Shown one piece after another: positions 56,921 through 64,000 of a stretch of DNA of 64,000 nt (the first letter of the stretch is position 1; the number at the start of each line of letters is the position of its first letter). The stretch comes from the human T2T-CHM13v2.0 reference genome, Homo sapiens. Position numbers and translations under genes: made by a program. The notes under the pieces are model-generated. The model was not told the origin of the DNA, ran no database searches, and was given only the letters and a program-made list of their open reading frames with translations. The stretch lies in NCBI RefSeq assembly GCF_009914755.1, contig NC_060940.1. One strand, written 5' to 3'.

Positions 56921-57599
56921 GACCTAGATTTATATTTTTCAATCTTATTCTTTTTTTCTCCGAATTTCCTTGTAAATATGCTGTAATTATCATTGTAAAC
57001 TTATTATACATTGCTTATTAGAGAAATAACCAGATTCATTTGGGGTTTGAAGCTGAGACTCTGTGCTGACTCCTTGCTGTCCATCCCTCAGTTGTAGGGG
57101 AGCCTCATGTGGGGAGGGTGTGGTCATAGCTACTGAAATCCATTTCCAGCAAACTAGGATGATAAAGCAGCTTTGGTGTGAATGTTTTCTTTCACAAATG
57201 TATGTGGATTGAAGGTTTGAAGTTTGAGGCAACATATATGTGGAGAGGGTGAGCGCATTCATTATATGTGGGAGGGTTTTTTCATTTTTATTTTTTGGGT
57301 TTTTTTTTTTTTCTGGTGTAATTGGGAAGGAAAAGAAACAGCTCAGCACTTTCCCTGCCATCTACTTTTCAGAAACTATGGGCCCACAACTCCCAAGGCT
57401 GTATTCTAGGTTTTATTGTATACTTCAAATTGGGATATATCTCAAAACAGTTGCATTTAATTGGGAGATTATTAAAAAGCATGAGCAAATTCAGAGTTTC
57501 TTGCCCAGAAAATGCTGCCAATGTCCAACCTAAATGAGGACATTCTTCCCTTCCTGTTTCACAGTCCTGCCAGGAGCCATATGAAGAAGGCAAGCCAGT

Positions 57600-57712
57600 A
57601 CAGATGATGGGTACACCGGGGCTCAGACTTCACCACTATGCAATATACACACATAAGCAATCTGCACTTGCACCCCCTAAATATACACATATAAAATAAA
57701 TAAAAACAAATT
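57600..57712 (+). mobile_element. Short L1 3' terminus
   Basis: CAGACTTCACCACTATGCAATATACAC...CTGCACTTGCACCCCCTAAAT plus A-tail. Confidence 0.75.
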
Positions 57713-58999
57713 TTGATAAAGGTAAACCAGGTCAGGGCTTTTACCAGACTGCTGTTCCCCAAACTTCAGTTATTTGCAAACCATCTTGACAAATGTTGCC
57801 ATAACAACTTTCCTCCTATTAATATGCTTAATATTCTTCTAATATTAATATCCTCCTAAGAATATGCTTAATATTCTTCTTAAACTACCTACTTATTGTT
57901 TGTAAATTTATTTAAAAGGATAAATTTAACCTTTGTCACTGGCCACAGATGGAAAACCAGTTTCACTTTTCATATATAAAATAGACAGTAACCATGAAAA
58001 CAAACACAAATACAACAATCAAATATTAGTGAAATACTCTGAGCCGGAGGTCTGAGAATGAAATCTTTTAACAAGAGTTCTTGTTTAAAAGGCTACCAAA
58101 CCAACATTTTTCTCCTTGACATAAATAGGATTGAAAGAGAATTGAAAAAGGAACAACTTTTCCCACGAGACTTGGGGTCATACCGATTAAAATCTTGCAT
58201 CAACTTAGAATGAATCAATCATACAGAATTTTGGGTGTCTGCATGTTCTTGTTGGTGTGAGGTCATCATCTGTGTATCCAGAGCACATACTTTGCCCGAC
58301 TACCTTGTCCCCACACCATTTGGCTTCACACATAAGCATTGTTCCGTCAGAGTCAAAGAGCAACAAGGCTCTTTGTCACCATGAGAGACAGAGAGAGACA
58401 GGGCGAGGTGGGGGGCAGGAGGGAGAGAGCACAATAAATTCAGTCGAATTGAAGCTTATATTGGGAAGAAAACAGCCGGCTACTAGCTGTAATATAGACG
58501 TTCATGGCCATATGTAAAGTGCAGCCATGTTACACAAGGATCCATTTAATTTGTTCTGGGCTCTGATGTCACCATGCACCCACTGAGGTTTTTTTAAAAC
58601 ACATTGAGATCATACATATAGTTAAAAACAATCAAGTAATACCAATAGGGTTATTAAATGATTCCCTATTAAATTTATTTCCTACCCCATCTTTTTCTTC
58701 TCTCATCGTACTTCCAAAGGCAGCCAGTTTTAACCCATTCTATTGATAGGCCTTCTGGTGGTTAGCTCCACATTTATAAATAATATGCTTACACCTTTAT
58801 TTAGTAGTTTGCCACCTTAAACCAATATCTATCAAATTTTTGCTATGTCAGATGAGAATTTAATTAATATTATTATCCTAACCTTTTCCTCTAACTTCAT
58901 TATGTTTTGACCATTGAGAAGGCTCTTGTCAGTCTGATTCTTAGTTCTTTATAGGTGATCTGTTTACTCCCGTGGAAATTTTCAGGATTTTTATTTTTG

Positions 59000-63800
<4,801 letters not shown>

Positions 63801-64000
63801 TTTGGCTAGAAGTGGAAATTTGGGATTTACTCTCATTTTAGTGGGGTTTTAGTTAGGACAAGAAATAATGCATGTGCTTATTCCACCATATTGAGCCAGG
63901 AGCACATTGCACATTTTTAAAAAGATCTTGCTGCTTGTGTTATTGGAGCCTCTATAACACTTAGCTCATGGTTTTGTTAATTAATTGTCCAAGTTCATAT

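Overview
Primate genomic DNA (AluJ/S/Y, L1PA/L1PB, MIR, L2, MaLR/ERVL LTRs), most likely the human CBLN1 locus (16q12.1, from memory). The only intact protein-coding gene is CBLN1 (cerebellin-1 precursor, 193 aa) on the minus strand. It has three coding exons (23235-22972, 22812-22693, 21371-21174), canonical phase-0 GT-AG introns, and a GC-rich, apparently bidirectional CpG-island promoter at about 23.6-23.9 kb. On the plus strand, facing away from CBLN1, an AT-rich block carries about 20 small segments bounded by polypyrimidine-AG acceptors and mostly GT donors (27.0-57.6 kb). Many join in compatible phase and translate to protein-like sequence broken mainly by TGA/TAA stops and a few frameshifts. 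The best reading is a decayed multi-exon protein-coding gene (unitary pseudogene) underlying the known divergent cerebellar lncRNA (mouse Gm2694/Synage; human SYNAGE). This is an inference made by eye and needs cross-species alignment. Smaller oddities: a ~90-bp inverted MIR repeat with ~90% arm identity, an L1 with a ~23-nt twin-priming inversion, a CpG-retaining L2 inside the island, a 5'UTR uORF, and exon junctions that regenerate 5' splice sites. Repeat boundaries and subfamilies are by eye and approximate.
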